A stretch of 55,625 nt of DNA from assembly GCA_012514975.1 (NCBI GenBank), contig JAAYZF010000159.1, forward strand, positions 1-55,625, written 5' to 3'. This DNA is from a bacterium. GTDB lineage: Bacteria; Auribacterota; UBA3054; JAAYZF01. The position numbers were made by a program, and so were the translations under genes. Under the pieces are notes generated by a model that did not search any database, was not told where the DNA came from, and saw only the letters and a list, made by a program, of their open reading frames with translations. Positions 43,436 through 52,872 of the stretch are shown here, piece after piece. Each line of letters starts with the position of its first letter. Position 1 is the first letter of the stretch.

Positions 43436-44587
43436 CTATCCGTTCCGCCGCTGCTTCTCCTCGTATGCCTTGACGAGGACGGCCTCGGTCTCCCTCGCGC
43501 AGCGGTCGATCGTGTACGAGGTGACGATCTCCGGCGCACGGCGGGAGAACCCGGCCGCCATGTCCCTGCTGGCGAACAGCGCCGCGCGGGCGGCCATCTC
43601 GCCGACGGCGGTGTAGTCGCGCACGACAAACCCGTTCGTCCCGTCGATCACCATTTCCGCCCCGCCGGCCTGCCTGGTGGTGATCACGGGAAGGCCGCAG
43701 CACAGCGATTCGCCGATCACGTTGGCGAACGAATCGTACTGCGTGGGGAAGAGAAACACGTCGGACCCGCGGTAGTAGTCCGCCGGATTATGCACACGGT
43801 CGAGCCAGACGGCGTTGAACGCCGTGCCGATCCGCGCCTTGAGGCGGCGCGCAACATGCCTGTTCGACTTGCCGATGACCACGAGGGAAAAGCGGCGCGG
43901 GTCGGGCGTGCGCAGCAACGCCTCGACCGCCTGCGGCAGCCCCTTGCGCACGTGGTTGTTCGCCGCGAACAGCACGACCGTCGTGCGCGGATCAATGCGC
44001 AGCGTGTCGCACAGGATGCTCCGCGCGCTCGCCCGGTCGCCCGGGAAAAAATCCTTGTGGTCGAACCCGTTGTACACCGTCTGCACGCGTTCGGGCGGCA
44101 CGTCGTACGCGCGCAGGAGGAGCTCCCTGTCAAGGTTGGAGATGGTGATGACCTGGCGGACGCCGCCGGGAGCGTACATCCGGCGCTCGAAGCGCAGCGC
44201 GCCGCCAACGCGCGGCAAAAGAGTGTGAAGCGGGAACCAGCGGCCGTACTTCCGGCGGTACCAGTAGTCGTACACGCCGCCGCCAAGCCGGTGCACGTCC
44301 TGCGGGCACAGTTGCGTCAGGCCGAAGACGATGTCGTACGATTCGTTCTGCGCGCGGATGGCCGCCCAGACATTGCGCGAGAACTGGCTCCACGGATGGC
44401 GCATCCCGCGCGGCCTGGGCACGGCGACGAAGCGGGGATCGAGTTTCTCCGCCTCGTCATCCCATTCGTGGCAGAAGACGGTGATGCGGTGTCCGCGCGC
44501 GTTGAGCCCGCGGATCAGGTTGCAGGCAAACCGCTCGGCACCGCCGGCAGAAAGGACGAGCCCTTTGATGACCAAGGCAATGCGCAT
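43436..44587 (-). CDS. Glycosyltransferase family 4 (GT-B fold)
   Basis: MRIALVIKGL..GGAERF N-domain and a C-terminal FLFPTQYDSFANVIGESLCCGLPVITT (E-x7-E-like region). Confidence 0.85.
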   Translation of the reverse strand: MRIALVIKGLVLSAGGAERFACNLIRGLNARGHRITVFCHEWDDEAEKLDPRFVAVPRPRGMRHPWSQFSRNVWAAIRAQNESYDIVFGLTQLCPQDVHRLGGGVYDYWYRRKYGRWFPLHTLLPRVGGALRFERRMYAPGGVRQVITISNLDRELLLRAYDVPPERVQTVYNGFDHKDFFPGDRASARSILCDTLRIDPRTTVVLFAANNHVRKGLPQAVEALLRTPDPRRFSLVVIGKSNRHVARRLKARIGTAFNAVWLDRVHNPADYYRGSDVFLFPTQYDSFANVIGESLCCGLPVITTRQAGGAEMVIDGTNGFVVRDYTAVGEMAARAALFASRDMAAGFSRRAPEIVTSYTIDRCARETEAVLVKAYEEKQRRNG

Positions 44588-44604
44588 GGCGCGGGCGGAA
44601 AGGC

Positions 44605-45405
44605 CTATTTCTTCCGGTACGGGACGAACAGCTTCTGGCCGGGACGGAGGGCGGTGGTGTCGGAGATGTTGGGATTCGTGTTGAGCAGGTCGGTCACCGA
44701 CACTTCATAGTCCCGCGCGATTTTCCAGAGCGTTTCGCCGACCTCGACCGTGTGCTCGTAGCCCTGGTTGTAGTCAATCTCAGGGCTCGAGGGCGTGCCG
44801 GTGCGCTTGTACGCGCTGGCGACGGGCGCGGCGCGTTTGGGCGCCGGGGGCGTGGCGGCGGCCGGCGCGGGCGCGGTTGCAGCGGCGTGGACGCGCGATT
44901 CGAGCCGGTCAACGCGGTCCATATAGGCATTAAGCTGCGCCTGCATGGCCTTCATGTCCCGCTGGAGCGCGGTGATGTCTGCCACGACGCTTTTCTGCAG
45001 CCTCTCGGAATCAGCCTTGCTGGCGCCGACGATCTCAGCCATCTTCTTGTTCAGGCCTTCGATTTCACGCGCCTGTGTGGCGAAGGCGGCGCGGACGCGC
45101 TCATCGATTTTCGCCTGCTGCTGCTGGCCGAGCTGGGCGAGCGTGCCGCGCATTTCCTGCTGGCTCTGCTGGGCGGCGCCTTGGGCGCTGCTGCTCTGCC
45201 GTTCGACCAGGGTGAACTGCTCCTGCAGCGCATCGACGTTCTGGCCCAGAGAGCTCACCCTGTCGTTGATCTGGCGCACGTCGCTGCGGAGCTGGGCGAT
45301 CGAAGCGGTCGCCGGGTCGTACTGAAGTTCGTTCTCAGTGGCACAGCCGGCGAACAGGAAGGGCAGGCTTGAGAGGGCGGCGGACAGGAAGGCGATACGT
45401 TTCAT
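44605..45405 (-). CDS. LysM-domain lipoprotein with a long coiled-coil
   Basis: Lipoprotein signal (LPFLFAGC), a Q/A/E-rich coiled-coil, and a C-terminal LysM (HTVEVGETLWKIARDYEVSVTDLLNTNPNI...PGQKLFVP). Confidence 0.8.
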   Translation of the reverse strand: MKRIAFLSAALSSLPFLFAGCATENELQYDPATASIAQLRSDVRQINDRVSSLGQNVDALQEQFTLVERQSSSAQGAAQQSQQEMRGTLAQLGQQQQAKIDERVRAAFATQAREIEGLNKKMAEIVGASKADSERLQKSVVADITALQRDMKAMQAQLNAYMDRVDRLESRVHAAATAPAPAAATPPAPKRAAPVASAYKRTGTPSSPEIDYNQGYEHTVEVGETLWKIARDYEVSVTDLLNTNPNISDTTALRPGQKLFVPYRKK

Positions 45406-45467
45406 GGCATGGCGTCCCTGCCCGGGAGGAGATGAAGTGATGAACGGTTGGACGATTCAGCGCTTCG

Positions 45468-45487
45468 CCCCCCTCCCGGGAGGGAGG
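45468..45487 (-). terminator. GC hairpin around the palindrome CCTCCCGGGAGG downstream of pal (no U-tract)
   Basis: 8-bp stem (one G-U on the minus strand) with a CCGG loop. Confidence 0.3.
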
Positions 45488-45492
45488 AATCA

Positions 45493-46095
45493 CTACTGTC
45501 TGCTTGCGCCGGCGACGCCGATCAGGAAGTGGTCGCGGCGGTTCTTGGCCCAGGCGGTCTCGTTGTTGCCCGGGTCAACCGGTTGTTCTTCGCCGTAGCT
45601 GATCGTGAAAATCCGGTTCGGATCAACGCCAAGGTCGGCAAGGAACTGGCGGGCGGCATTGGCGCGGCGCGAGCCGAGGGCCATGTTGTACTCGTCGGTG
45701 CCGCGCTCGTCGCAGTGGCCGCCGATCTGGATGACGACCGTCGGGAAGCGTTTCATGAACGCGCCGATCTGCTGGAGGATGGCGGCGTCAGCCGGCATGA
45801 TCTGCGAGCTGTTATACGGGAAATGGATGTCGCGCAGGACCATCTGTGCCTCGGCGGCGATGGCCGGGTCGAGCAGCGGCGAATTGGGCTCGACGAACTG
45901 GGCTCCCGTGGCGCCGAGGGGCAGATCGCCCGCGTAGGGGCCCGTAAGGTCCTGGCCGCCCCCGAGCGCGCTGCTGTCCACCGCGCCGAGGTCAAAGCCT
46001 TCGCCCATCTCGCCGGAAAGATCGCCCTGTGTCTTCTTTTTGCCGCAGCCGACGATGAGCAGGGCGAAGAGAGCCAGCAACAGTAACTTGCGCAT
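45493..46095 (-). CDS. pal: Peptidoglycan-associated lipoprotein (OmpA-family C-domain)
   Basis: Lipobox LLIVGC from the ATG at 46095, preceded by GGAGGA. OmpA-like GHCDERGTDEYNMALGSRRANA. Confidence 0.88.
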   Translation of the reverse strand: MRKLLLLALFALLIVGCGKKKTQGDLSGEMGEGFDLGAVDSSALGGGQDLTGPYAGDLPLGATGAQFVEPNSPLLDPAIAAEAQMVLRDIHFPYNSSQIMPADAAILQQIGAFMKRFPTVVIQIGGHCDERGTDEYNMALGSRRANAARQFLADLGVDPNRIFTISYGEEQPVDPGNNETAWAKNRRDHFLIGVAGASRQ

Positions 46096-46191
46096 TGCAT
46101 CCTCCACAATCACTTGATGTTTAGACGTACGTTCCGTGTATTCCCCAGACACGGTTCATGCATTGTGTAAACCGATACCACAAGCGCACTT

Positions 46192-46200
46192 ATTATAGCA
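46192..46200 (-). promoter_or_regulatory. Extended -10 box TGCTATAAT upstream of pal
   Basis: Perfect TGnTATAAT on the minus strand, ~97 nt upstream of ATG 46095. Confidence 0.5.
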
Positions 46201-46246
46201 TAAGGCCGTGCAAATGTAAAGCATTGCAAAATCCGGCGGAAAACGC

Positions 46247-46252
46247 TATAAT
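46247..46252 (+). promoter_or_regulatory. TATAAT -10 box upstream of uvrD/pcrA
   Basis: Perfect TATAAT, 56 nt upstream of ATG 46309. No good -35. Confidence 0.4.
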
Positions 46253-46308
46253 TCAAACTAGTGATACTGTGCTGCGTGCGCGGCACACCGGATGGAGGGG
46301 GAATAACC

Positions 46309-48486
46309 ATGCCCCGGCGGGTTGTGATAGACTTCAAGGCAGAACTCAATCCCGTGCAGTACGAGGCGGTGACGCACGTCAACGGCCCGCTGCTCATCGT
46401 TGCCGGCGCCGGCAGCGGCAAGACGCGCATTCTCACCTACCGCGTCGCCCATCTCGCCGCGCGGGGCTGCCAGCCGCAGCGCATCCTCGCGGTGACGTTC
46501 ACCAACAAGGCCGCCGATGAGATGGCGCGCCGCGTGGACACGCTCGTGCGCGCCCGCGTGCCCGTCTCCACCTTCCATTCGTTCTGCCTGCGCGTGCTGC
46601 GCGCCGAGGTCGCGCACATCCCCTACCAGCCGCAGTTCGCCGTCTATGACAAGGGCGACCAGCTCACGCTCGTCAAGGACTGCATGCACCGGCTGAGCAT
46701 CAGCGAAAAGCATGCCAAGCCCAAGCTCTACGCGAACGCGATCAGCAAGGCAAAGGACCGGCTCATCACCGCGGCCCGGTTCTCCGAGTCGGTCGACAAT
46801 TACCTCGACGAGACGATCGCCTCCGTGTACGAGGAGTACCAGCGCGCGCTGCTCAAGGCGAACGCGATGGACTTCGACGACCTGATCATGCAGTGCGTCC
46901 TGCTGTTCGAGCAGCATCCTGACGTGCTCGAAAAGTACCAGCGGCGTTTCGAGCACATGCTCGTCGACGAGTTCCAGGACACGAATCACGCGCAGTACCG
47001 GATGACGCGGCTGCTCGTGGCGGCGCACAGGAACATCTGCGTCGTGGGCGACCCGGACCAGTCGATCTACAAGTTCCGCGGGGCGGAGATCAAGAACATC
47101 AACGATTTCGAGCGCGATTTCCCCGACGCGCGCGTCATCCTTCTCGAACAGAACTATCGCTCGACCAAGACCATTCTCCACGCGGCCAATGCCGTCATCG
47201 ACAAGAACACCGGCCGCAAGGAGAAGAAGCTCTGGACGACGAACGACGACGGTACGCCGCTGCTTCTCTACCGCGCCTCGGACGAGGAGGACGAGGCGCA
47301 GTTCATCTCCCGCAACATCGAGCGCATCCTCGAATCGGGCAACGGCGTCTCGCTCAACGAGATCGTCGTGTTCTACCGCGTGCACGCCCTGTCACGCGTC
47401 GTCGAGGAGCAGCTCCGCCGCGCGCGCATACCGTACGTCATCGTGGGCGACGTGAGTTTCTACAACCGCCGCGAGATCAAGGACATCATCGCCTACCTGC
47501 GCGTCACCGTCAACCCGGCCGACGAAGTCAACCTGCGCAGGATCATGAACGTCCCCGTGCGCGGGATCGGCTCGACGTCGCAGGAGGCCATAGCGCAGCA
47601 TGCGCGGCAGCAGAACGCCACGCTCTTCGAGGCGCTGGAACACTGCGGCGAGATCACCCGCCTCTCCCATTCGGTGCGCCGCGCGGCCGCCTCGTTCGTC
47701 AAACTCCTCAAGAAGCTCCAGCGGGCCAGCGAGGAGATGCTGCCCACCGAGCTCATCCAGCTCGTGCTCGCGGAGACACGGTACCTCGAAGACCTCCGCG
47801 GCTCCCAGGACGTCCAGGACCGGTCGCGGATCGAGAACATCAAGGAGCTCATCTCCGCCGCGGCTGCCTACGAGAACACCTCGCCCGAGGAGCGGCCCAC
47901 GGCGGCCGGCTTCCTCAACGAGGTCGCCCTCAGTTCCGACCTGGACAACTGGAACTGCGAGAGCGAGGCCGTCTCCCTGATGACGATCCATAATGCCAAG
48001 GGGCTCGAATTCCCCTATGTGCACATCGTGGGCCTCGAAGAGGACTTGTTCCCGCATTTCAACTCGCTCGAAGATCCGACGGACATCGAGGAGGAACGCC
48101 GGCTGTGCTATGTCGGCATGACGCGGGCGCAACGCCGGCTCGCGCTGACACACGCGTACCACCGCACGATCTTCGGGCAGCGGAAAGTGCGCGAGCCTTC
48201 CCGCTTTCTCCGGGAAATCCCCGCCGGCGCAGTCGATGTGATCGTCAGTGCCCAGCACGATTCCCTCGCCACAGAGCCGCCCGCGCAACGCAGGCCGGGC
48301 GCGGAACCGGCGGACGAATGCGCGTTCAACAAGGGCATGCGCGTCCGCCATACCCACTTCGGCCCCGGTGTCATCTCGAGCGTGCAGGGCAGCGGGCCTG
48401 ATGCGCGGCTTACCATCACGTTCGACAGCCTGCCCAATCCAAAGGTTCTCGTGGCGAAGTACGCGAAGCTTCGCGCGGTATCATGA
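46309..48486 (+). CDS. uvrD: ATP-dependent DNA helicase UvrD/PcrA family
   Basis: AGAGSGKT (motif I), VDEFQDTN (motif II), QNYRS, and a C-terminal Tudor-like FNKGMRVRHTHFGPGVI. ATG 46309 preceded by GGAGGGGG (track start 46261 is GTG). Confidence 0.92.
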   Translation: MPRRVVIDFKAELNPVQYEAVTHVNGPLLIVAGAGSGKTRILTYRVAHLAARGCQPQRILAVTFTNKAADEMARRVDTLVRARVPVSTFHSFCLRVLRAEVAHIPYQPQFAVYDKGDQLTLVKDCMHRLSISEKHAKPKLYANAISKAKDRLITAARFSESVDNYLDETIASVYEEYQRALLKANAMDFDDLIMQCVLLFEQHPDVLEKYQRRFEHMLVDEFQDTNHAQYRMTRLLVAAHRNICVVGDPDQSIYKFRGAEIKNINDFERDFPDARVILLEQNYRSTKTILHAANAVIDKNTGRKEKKLWTTNDDGTPLLLYRASDEEDEAQFISRNIERILESGNGVSLNEIVVFYRVHALSRVVEEQLRRARIPYVIVGDVSFYNRREIKDIIAYLRVTVNPADEVNLRRIMNVPVRGIGSTSQEAIAQHARQQNATLFEALEHCGEITRLSHSVRRAAASFVKLLKKLQRASEEMLPTELIQLVLAETRYLEDLRGSQDVQDRSRIENIKELISAAAAYENTSPEERPTAAGFLNEVALSSDLDNWNCESEAVSLMTIHNAKGLEFPYVHIVGLEEDLFPHFNSLEDPTDIEEERRLCYVGMTRAQRRLALTHAYHRTIFGQRKVREPSRFLREIPAGAVDVIVSAQHDSLATEPPAQRRPGAEPADECAFNKGMRVRHTHFGPGVISSVQGSGPDARLTITFDSLPNPKVLVAKYAKLRAVS

Positions 48487-49670
48487 AAGCCACCGTCTCC
48501 CTTGCGCGCGCCGGATCGTACGACGGGCACGAACTCCTCGAGCGGATGCGCGCGTGCCTCGCGCCGCTCGGCGGCATGGCCGCCTTCGTCAGGCCGGGCC
48601 AGCGCGTGCTGCTGAAACCGAACCTCCTTGGCGCGTTCCATCCTGACAGGGCGGTCACCACGCATCCCTCGGTGCTCGCCGCGGCCATCACGCTCGCGCA
48701 GGAATGCGGCGGTGTGGTCACCGTCATCGACAGCCCGGGCACCGGCAGCCTCGCGTCCGTCGCCCGCGCCACGGGCATCGATGCGGTCGTCCGCGCCGCC
48801 GGCGCAACACTGGGCGACGAGACGGCTGTGGAGACGTTCGAGACTCCCGGCAACATCATCGGCAGGAAGCTCACGCTCCTCAAGGCCGTTGCCGACGCAG
48901 ACGTGCTCATCACCCTCCCAAAACTCAAGACGCACGTCCAGATGACCTTCACCGGTGCCGTGAAGAACCAGCTCGGCCTCGTTCCCGGCGTGCAGAAAGG
49001 CCAGTATCACTTCCGCCTGCAGAACCGGCTGCGCCTGGCTGAGCTGCTGCTTGACATCAACCGCACGGCAAAGCCGGCTCTCGCCATCATGGATGCCGTG
49101 TACGGCATGGAAGGCAACGGGCCAAGCGGCGGCGAACCGCGTTTCATCGGCGCGCTGATCGCCAGCGCCGACCTGATGGCCCTCGATGTCGCCGCGTGCG
49201 ATCTCGTCGGCATCGATTCCTCCGTCGTGCCAACGGTTCAGGCAGGCATCCAGCACCGCTTCGGCACGACGGCGCTCGACCATATCTCCATCGCCGGCGA
49301 ACCGCTGGACGCGCTGCGCGTGCAGGGCTTCCGCACGGTCGCCCACCTCAAACACGTCATGCGCATCCTGCCGTTCCCCCAGTTCATGCTCGACTGGTTC
49401 GGCAGGCACTGGGCTCCAAGACCGCGCATCGACGCGGCGTGCTGCGTGCACTGCGGCGCGTGCCACCGCGGCTGCCCGGTCGACCCGCCGGCAATCGACC
49501 CGGAGATGCCGCCCGCGCGCCAGGTCAACGACCACACTTGCATCCGCTGCTACTGCTGCCACGAGTTCTGCCCCGCAAAGGCCATTCTCCTCAGGCGCTC
49601 ACTGGCCGACCGCATCGGGCGGTTCACCGCATCGCTTGACTGGCTCACCACGCGCATCCCCGGCATATGA
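48483..49670 (+). CDS. DUF362-domain protein with a C-terminal 2x[4Fe-4S] ferredoxin domain
   Basis: N-terminal ...GQRVLLKPNLL typical of DUF362. C-terminal CVHCGACHRGCP and CIRCYCCHEFCP. ATGA overlap with uvrD. Confidence 0.8.
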   Translation: MKATVSLARAGSYDGHELLERMRACLAPLGGMAAFVRPGQRVLLKPNLLGAFHPDRAVTTHPSVLAAAITLAQECGGVVTVIDSPGTGSLASVARATGIDAVVRAAGATLGDETAVETFETPGNIIGRKLTLLKAVADADVLITLPKLKTHVQMTFTGAVKNQLGLVPGVQKGQYHFRLQNRLRLAELLLDINRTAKPALAIMDAVYGMEGNGPSGGEPRFIGALIASADLMALDVAACDLVGIDSSVVPTVQAGIQHRFGTTALDHISIAGEPLDALRVQGFRTVAHLKHVMRILPFPQFMLDWFGRHWAPRPRIDAACCVHCGACHRGCPVDPPAIDPEMPPARQVNDHTCIRCYCCHEFCPAKAILLRRSLADRIGRFTASLDWLTTRIPGI

Positions 49671-49731
49671 GCCCCTGCGCGCCACACAGACAACCGTTCA
49701 TCTGCATTGATCACCAGCAAAGGACCGCTCA

Positions 49732-52700
49732 ATGGCTTCCAACGCCGAATGGCGCCACCGAATAGACCGGTGGATCGAGCATCTGAGGGAATTGTTCTAC
49801 ATACCGCTCGGCCCGGTCGGGTTCAAAGGCTTCACAACCCATGATCAGCTCACGCCGCAGCAGGCGCTGCGCGGGCCGTTCAAGCCCATGCCCGCCGGCA
49901 CGAGGTACGGCGCCAAGTGGGAGTACGCATGGTTCAAAGCCACGCTCACACTGCCGAAGGAAGCACGCGGTGAACGCATCGTCCTGCGCGCCGACACGGG
50001 CGGCGAGAGCGCGATCTGGGTGAACGGCACGGCCGCGGGCGCGAAGGACTCCGCACACCAGGAGATCACCCTCGCCATGAATGGCACGCCCGGTAGGACC
50101 TGCGACATCCTCATCGAAACCTACTGCGGCCATGGCCCCACACCCTCTGGCGACGGCCCCGTCCCCCATGGACAATCGAGCGTGCCCGAGCCGCCTGCCG
50201 CACAGCGCGAGGTCAAACAGAGCTCCTTCGGCATCTGGGATGAGGCGGTGTACCAGACATGGCTCGACGTCCAGACCCTGATCGAGCTGCGGGACAACAT
50301 TGACCGGGATTCGCTCCGCGCCGCCGAGATCGACGAGGCGCTTCGCGCGTTCACTCTCATCGCCGACCTCGAACTCCCGCGCCACGAATTGCATGCCTCG
50401 CTCGCCAGGGCGCGCGCACGGCTCAAGCCCCTCCTCCACTGCACCAACGGCTCGACGTCCCCGCTCATGTACTGCTTCGGCCACTCGCACATCGACATCG
50501 CCTGGCTCTGGCCACTGGCCGAAACGGAGCGCAAATGCCGCCGCACCTTCGCCACCCAGCTCGCTCTCATGGACGAATACCCCGAGTACAGGTTCCTTCA
50601 GAGCCAGGCGTATTTGTACTGGGTGACGAGAAAACGCTATCCCGACGTGTATCGCCGCATCAAGCAGGCCGCCGCACGAGGCCAGTGGATCGCCGACGGC
50701 GGCATGTGGGTCGAGCCCGATACCAATCTCGCCTCGGGCGAATCCCTCATCCGCCAGTTCATCCACGGCAAGCGGTTCTTCAAGGAGGAATTCGGCGTTG
50801 ACAACGAGCTGATGTGGCTGCCCGACGTCTTCGGCTACTCGGGCGCGCTGCCGCAGATCATGCAGGGCTGCGGCATCAAGTACTTCTCCACCCAGAAGAT
50901 CTTCTGGACATATCACGGCGGCGACCAGTTCCCCTACCACACGTTCTGGTGGGAGGGCATCGACGGCTCGAGAATCCTCTCGCACATCCACAACGACTAC
51001 AGCTCGAAGGCCTCACCGCGGTTCGTCATCACGCGCTGGAACGACCGCGTGCAGAAGCACGGCATCGTCAGCCGCCTCTTCCCCTTCGGCTATGGCGACG
51101 GCGGCGGCGGGCCGCTGCGCGACCATCTTGAGTTCTTCCGTCGCCAGGAGAACCTCGAAGGCGCGCCGCGCTGCCAGATCACCCACCCCGTCCAGTTCTT
51201 CAAGGACGAGGAGAAGCGCAACGCGCCGCTGCCTACCTACGTCGGCGAGCTCTACCTTCAGGCGCACCGCGGCACCTACACCTCGCAGGCCCGCACCAAG
51301 CTGGGCAACCGCAGGAACGAGTTCAACCTCCGCGACACCGAGCTCTGGGGCGCCGCCGCAGCCGCCCTGGCCGGACAGCCGTACCCGGCGAAAAAGATGG
51401 ACGCCCTGTGGAAGCTCCTCCTGCTCAACCAGTTCCACGACATCATTCCCGGCTCGTCCATCGCGCGCGTCTACCAGGAGGCCGAGGCTGACTACGCGCG
51501 GATCGCCGCTGAGTCGTCGTCCCTCTCTGCAAAGGCGAAGGCGGCGCTGGTGAAAAAGGACGACAAGGCGCTCACCGTGTTCAACGCGCTGTCATGGAAC
51601 CGCGGCGCGCTCGTTCCGCTGCCCAGGGCGTTCAAGGGCGCCGTAAATACCGCGGGCGCACCGCTGCCCGTCCAGACCATCCGCGGCACTGTGTTCGCTC
51701 GAATCGACAACATCCCCGCCTGTGGCTGGACGACCGTGCGCAACGGCGCGCCGGCGAAGATCGCCAAAGAGATCTCCGCCACGCCCTCGCTGCTCGAGAA
51801 CGCGTGGCTGCGCGTCAGGCTCGATGCCAAAGGCACCATCACCAGCGTGGTGGACAAGGTGACCGGCCGCGAGTTCGCCGCGGGACACTGCAACGCACTG
51901 CGTTTGTACAAAGACGTGCCTTCGCGCGCTGACGCCTGGGACATCGACAGCATGTACAAGCAGCAGTCCGTGCCGCTCGATGCCGCCGCGGATATCTCCG
52001 TCGTCGCCGCAGGCCCGCTCGAAGGCGTCATCCGCGTCACGCGCTCAATCGCCCGCTCGACCTTGACACAGGAGATCGCGCTGCGCGCCGACAGCCGCCG
52101 CATCGATTTCCGCACCGTCGTCGACTGGCGTGAGAGCCACCGCTTGCTCAAAGTCAACTTCCCGGTCAATGTCCACGCCAACGATGCCATCCACGAAATC
52201 CAGTTCGGCCATCTGCGCCGCCCGACGCACGCATCCCGCCAGTTCGACGCCGACCGGTTCGAGGTGAGCAATCACAAGTGGACGGCGCTGGCCGAGGAGG
52301 GCTGCGGCGCCGCCGTGCTCAACGACTGCAAGTACGGCGTGAACGTCGAGGGCAACACCATCAATCTCACGCTGCTCCGCTCGCCGCTGATGCCCGACAT
52401 GACGGCCGACAAGGGCGTGCAGGAGTTCACCTACGCGCTGTATGTCTGGAGCGGCGCGCTTGCCGACAGCGGCATCGTCAGGCAGGCGTACGACCTCAAT
52501 GTGCCTGTCACCGCGGCGCGCGGCAACGGCGGCACGCGGTCGCTCTTCTCGCTCGACGCGCCCAACGTGGTGATCGAGACCGTCAAACCGGCCGAGGACG
52601 GTTCTCGAGATGTTGTCGTCCGCGTGTACGAGGCGATGCGCACAAGGACGACGTGCACGCTCGCCACGGCGCTGCCGGTGAAGACGGCGGAGGAAACGAA

Positions 52701-52857
52701 CATGCTCGAAGCGGACGGAAAGCGCATCGGCTGCCGCGGCGGCAGGATTGCCCTGGCGTTCAGACCGTTCGAGATCAAGACGCTGCGGCTGAAACTCTGG
52801 GAATCTGGCACCGGGCACGCGCACCGCGTACCCAACAACCTGTTCACCTCATCATGA
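49732..52857 (+). CDS. GH38 alpha-mannosidase (copy 1), apparently cytoplasmic
   Basis: 1041 aa. GH38 N-domain metal motif CFGHSHIDIAWLW, WLPDVFGYS, and QFHDIIPGSSI. No signal peptide. Confidence 0.9.
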   Translation: MASNAEWRHRIDRWIEHLRELFYIPLGPVGFKGFTTHDQLTPQQALRGPFKPMPAGTRYGAKWEYAWFKATLTLPKEARGERIVLRADTGGESAIWVNGTAAGAKDSAHQEITLAMNGTPGRTCDILIETYCGHGPTPSGDGPVPHGQSSVPEPPAAQREVKQSSFGIWDEAVYQTWLDVQTLIELRDNIDRDSLRAAEIDEALRAFTLIADLELPRHELHASLARARARLKPLLHCTNGSTSPLMYCFGHSHIDIAWLWPLAETERKCRRTFATQLALMDEYPEYRFLQSQAYLYWVTRKRYPDVYRRIKQAAARGQWIADGGMWVEPDTNLASGESLIRQFIHGKRFFKEEFGVDNELMWLPDVFGYSGALPQIMQGCGIKYFSTQKIFWTYHGGDQFPYHTFWWEGIDGSRILSHIHNDYSSKASPRFVITRWNDRVQKHGIVSRLFPFGYGDGGGGPLRDHLEFFRRQENLEGAPRCQITHPVQFFKDEEKRNAPLPTYVGELYLQAHRGTYTSQARTKLGNRRNEFNLRDTELWGAAAAALAGQPYPAKKMDALWKLLLLNQFHDIIPGSSIARVYQEAEADYARIAAESSSLSAKAKAALVKKDDKALTVFNALSWNRGALVPLPRAFKGAVNTAGAPLPVQTIRGTVFARIDNIPACGWTTVRNGAPAKIAKEISATPSLLENAWLRVRLDAKGTITSVVDKVTGREFAAGHCNALRLYKDVPSRADAWDIDSMYKQQSVPLDAAADISVVAAGPLEGVIRVTRSIARSTLTQEIALRADSRRIDFRTVVDWRESHRLLKVNFPVNVHANDAIHEIQFGHLRRPTHASRQFDADRFEVSNHKWTALAEEGCGAAVLNDCKYGVNVEGNTINLTLLRSPLMPDMTADKGVQEFTYALYVWSGALADSGIVRQAYDLNVPVTAARGNGGTRSLFSLDAPNVVIETVKPAEDGSRDVVVRVYEAMRTRTTCTLATALPVKTAEETNMLEADGKRIGCRGGRIALAFRPFEIKTLRLKLWESGTGHAHRVPNNLFTSS

Positions 52858-52872
52858 ACCAAGGACTGCATC

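Noticed and set aside
42082-43703. N-terminal extensions of track ORFs 41668..42534 and 42084..43703 (also 35835..37268, 21095..22063, 14381..15793 and 45493..46152)
   Set aside because: The extensions overlap upstream genes or promoter regions and translate to Arg/Pro/Gly-rich junk. Internal ATGs give family-typical N-termini and ATGA couplings or good RBSs.
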